DNA from: Sphagnum compactum
Taxonomy: Eukaryota
Assembly: GCA_965153455.1 (NCBI GenBank)
Contig: OZ234493.1
Coordinates: forward strand, 17,288,213-17,352,212
DNA length: 64,000 nt
Reading direction: 5' to 3'
Shown here: positions 63,072 to 64,000 of the stretch, one piece after another
Layout of the letters: each line of letters begins with the position of its first letter
Position numbering within the stretch: the first letter of the stretch is position 1
The notes under the pieces: generated by a model
What the model saw: the letters and a program-made list of their open reading frames with translations, nothing else
What the model was told of the DNA's origin: nothing
The model's database searches: none
Program-made: the position numbers and the translations under genes

Positions 63072-63990
63072 TCCTGCCCACCAAGGATGTTCATTGCTTG
63101 GTTAAACAGGAAAAAACATTTGTGCCATATAAAATTTCCCCCCCTTTTTTTTCATGGGCTTGAATGACCCAACACCCACCGGCGCACAAGCCACAAATCT
63201 TGTTTTAGGGTTCAAGGTGGACAAACTTTTCTCCTGGGGAAATTAAAGAACGGGTCGGAGAAAATGGATAAAACATAATTATCAAAGAGGTATATAATAT
63301 GGATTTGTATGGAAGAACTTTAGCCGTATCACAAAATTAATCAAGAATTATTTTTTAAAGTCTGCTTTATTGGACCCCTCAAATGTTTCGGGTATACATG
63401 TGGACCACCCAAGGATTTTTATTTTTTTGTCTGTTTATGTTTTGTGAATATATTTAATAGGGTATAAATATTTAATGTTGTGCAAGGACATATTTTGTTT
63501 TGGGATCGTAATCATTTGCATCTTTTTAGAGTAGGAGTATTGCAAGATTCCTGCCCACCAAGGATGTTCATTGCTTGATTAAACAGGAAAAAAAAATTCG
63601 TGCCATATAAAATTTCCCCCCTTTTATTTTCCTGGGCGTGAATGACCCAACACCCACCGGCGCAGCAGCCACAAATCTCGTTTTAGGATTCAGGGTGGAC
63701 GAACTTTTCTCCTGGGGAAATTAAAGAATAGCTCGCAGAAAATGGATAAAACAATGCTTATCAAATTGAAAACCTTTACCATCAAAGAGGTATATAATAT
63801 GGATTTGTATGGAGAACCTTGAGCCGTATCACAAAATGAATCAAGAATTGTTTATTGAAGTCCGCTTTATTGGACCCCTCAAATGTTTCGGATATACATG
63901 TGGACCACCCAAGGATTTTTTTTGGGTCTATTTATGTTTTGTGAATACATTTAACAGGGTATCAATATTTAATGTTGTGCAAGGAATATT
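63072..63990. repeat. Direct tandem duplication, 477-bp spacing
   Basis: TCCTGCCCACCAAGGATGTTCATTGCTTG at 63072 and 63549, collinear thereafter. Confidence 0.9.
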
Positions 63991-64000
63991 ATTGGCTACC

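Overview
Subtelomeric DNA of a land plant, probably a non-angiosperm such as a bryophyte (TTTAGGG telomere, PHO1 and RAPTOR fragments, plastid-peptidoglycan MurA fragments). Bases 1-37 kb are a mosaic of segmental duplications, non-autonomous Helitron-like elements, decayed host-gene fragments (PHO1 x3, MurA x2, LRR-kinase, FKBP), a purine-rich minisatellite and a ~336-bp tandem array. Next is a GC-rich, intronless ~3.5-kb reading frame (minus strand, 37528-41043) that fuses a tyrosine-recombinase-like domain to a RecQ-type DEAH helicase and Zn-knuckle tail, like fungal telomere-linked helicases. It is broken by two in-frame stops, and its 5' end abuts a ~2.5-kb (TTTAGGG)n array. After a 200-N scaffold gap come an inverted, rearranged paralog of the 7-14.5 kb block, a 390-bp tandem array whose unit folds into a large G-U-rich multibranch structure on the minus strand, an orphan RAPTOR first exon, and mostly unassigned DNA. 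All family assignments come from motif recognition by eye; no searches were run.
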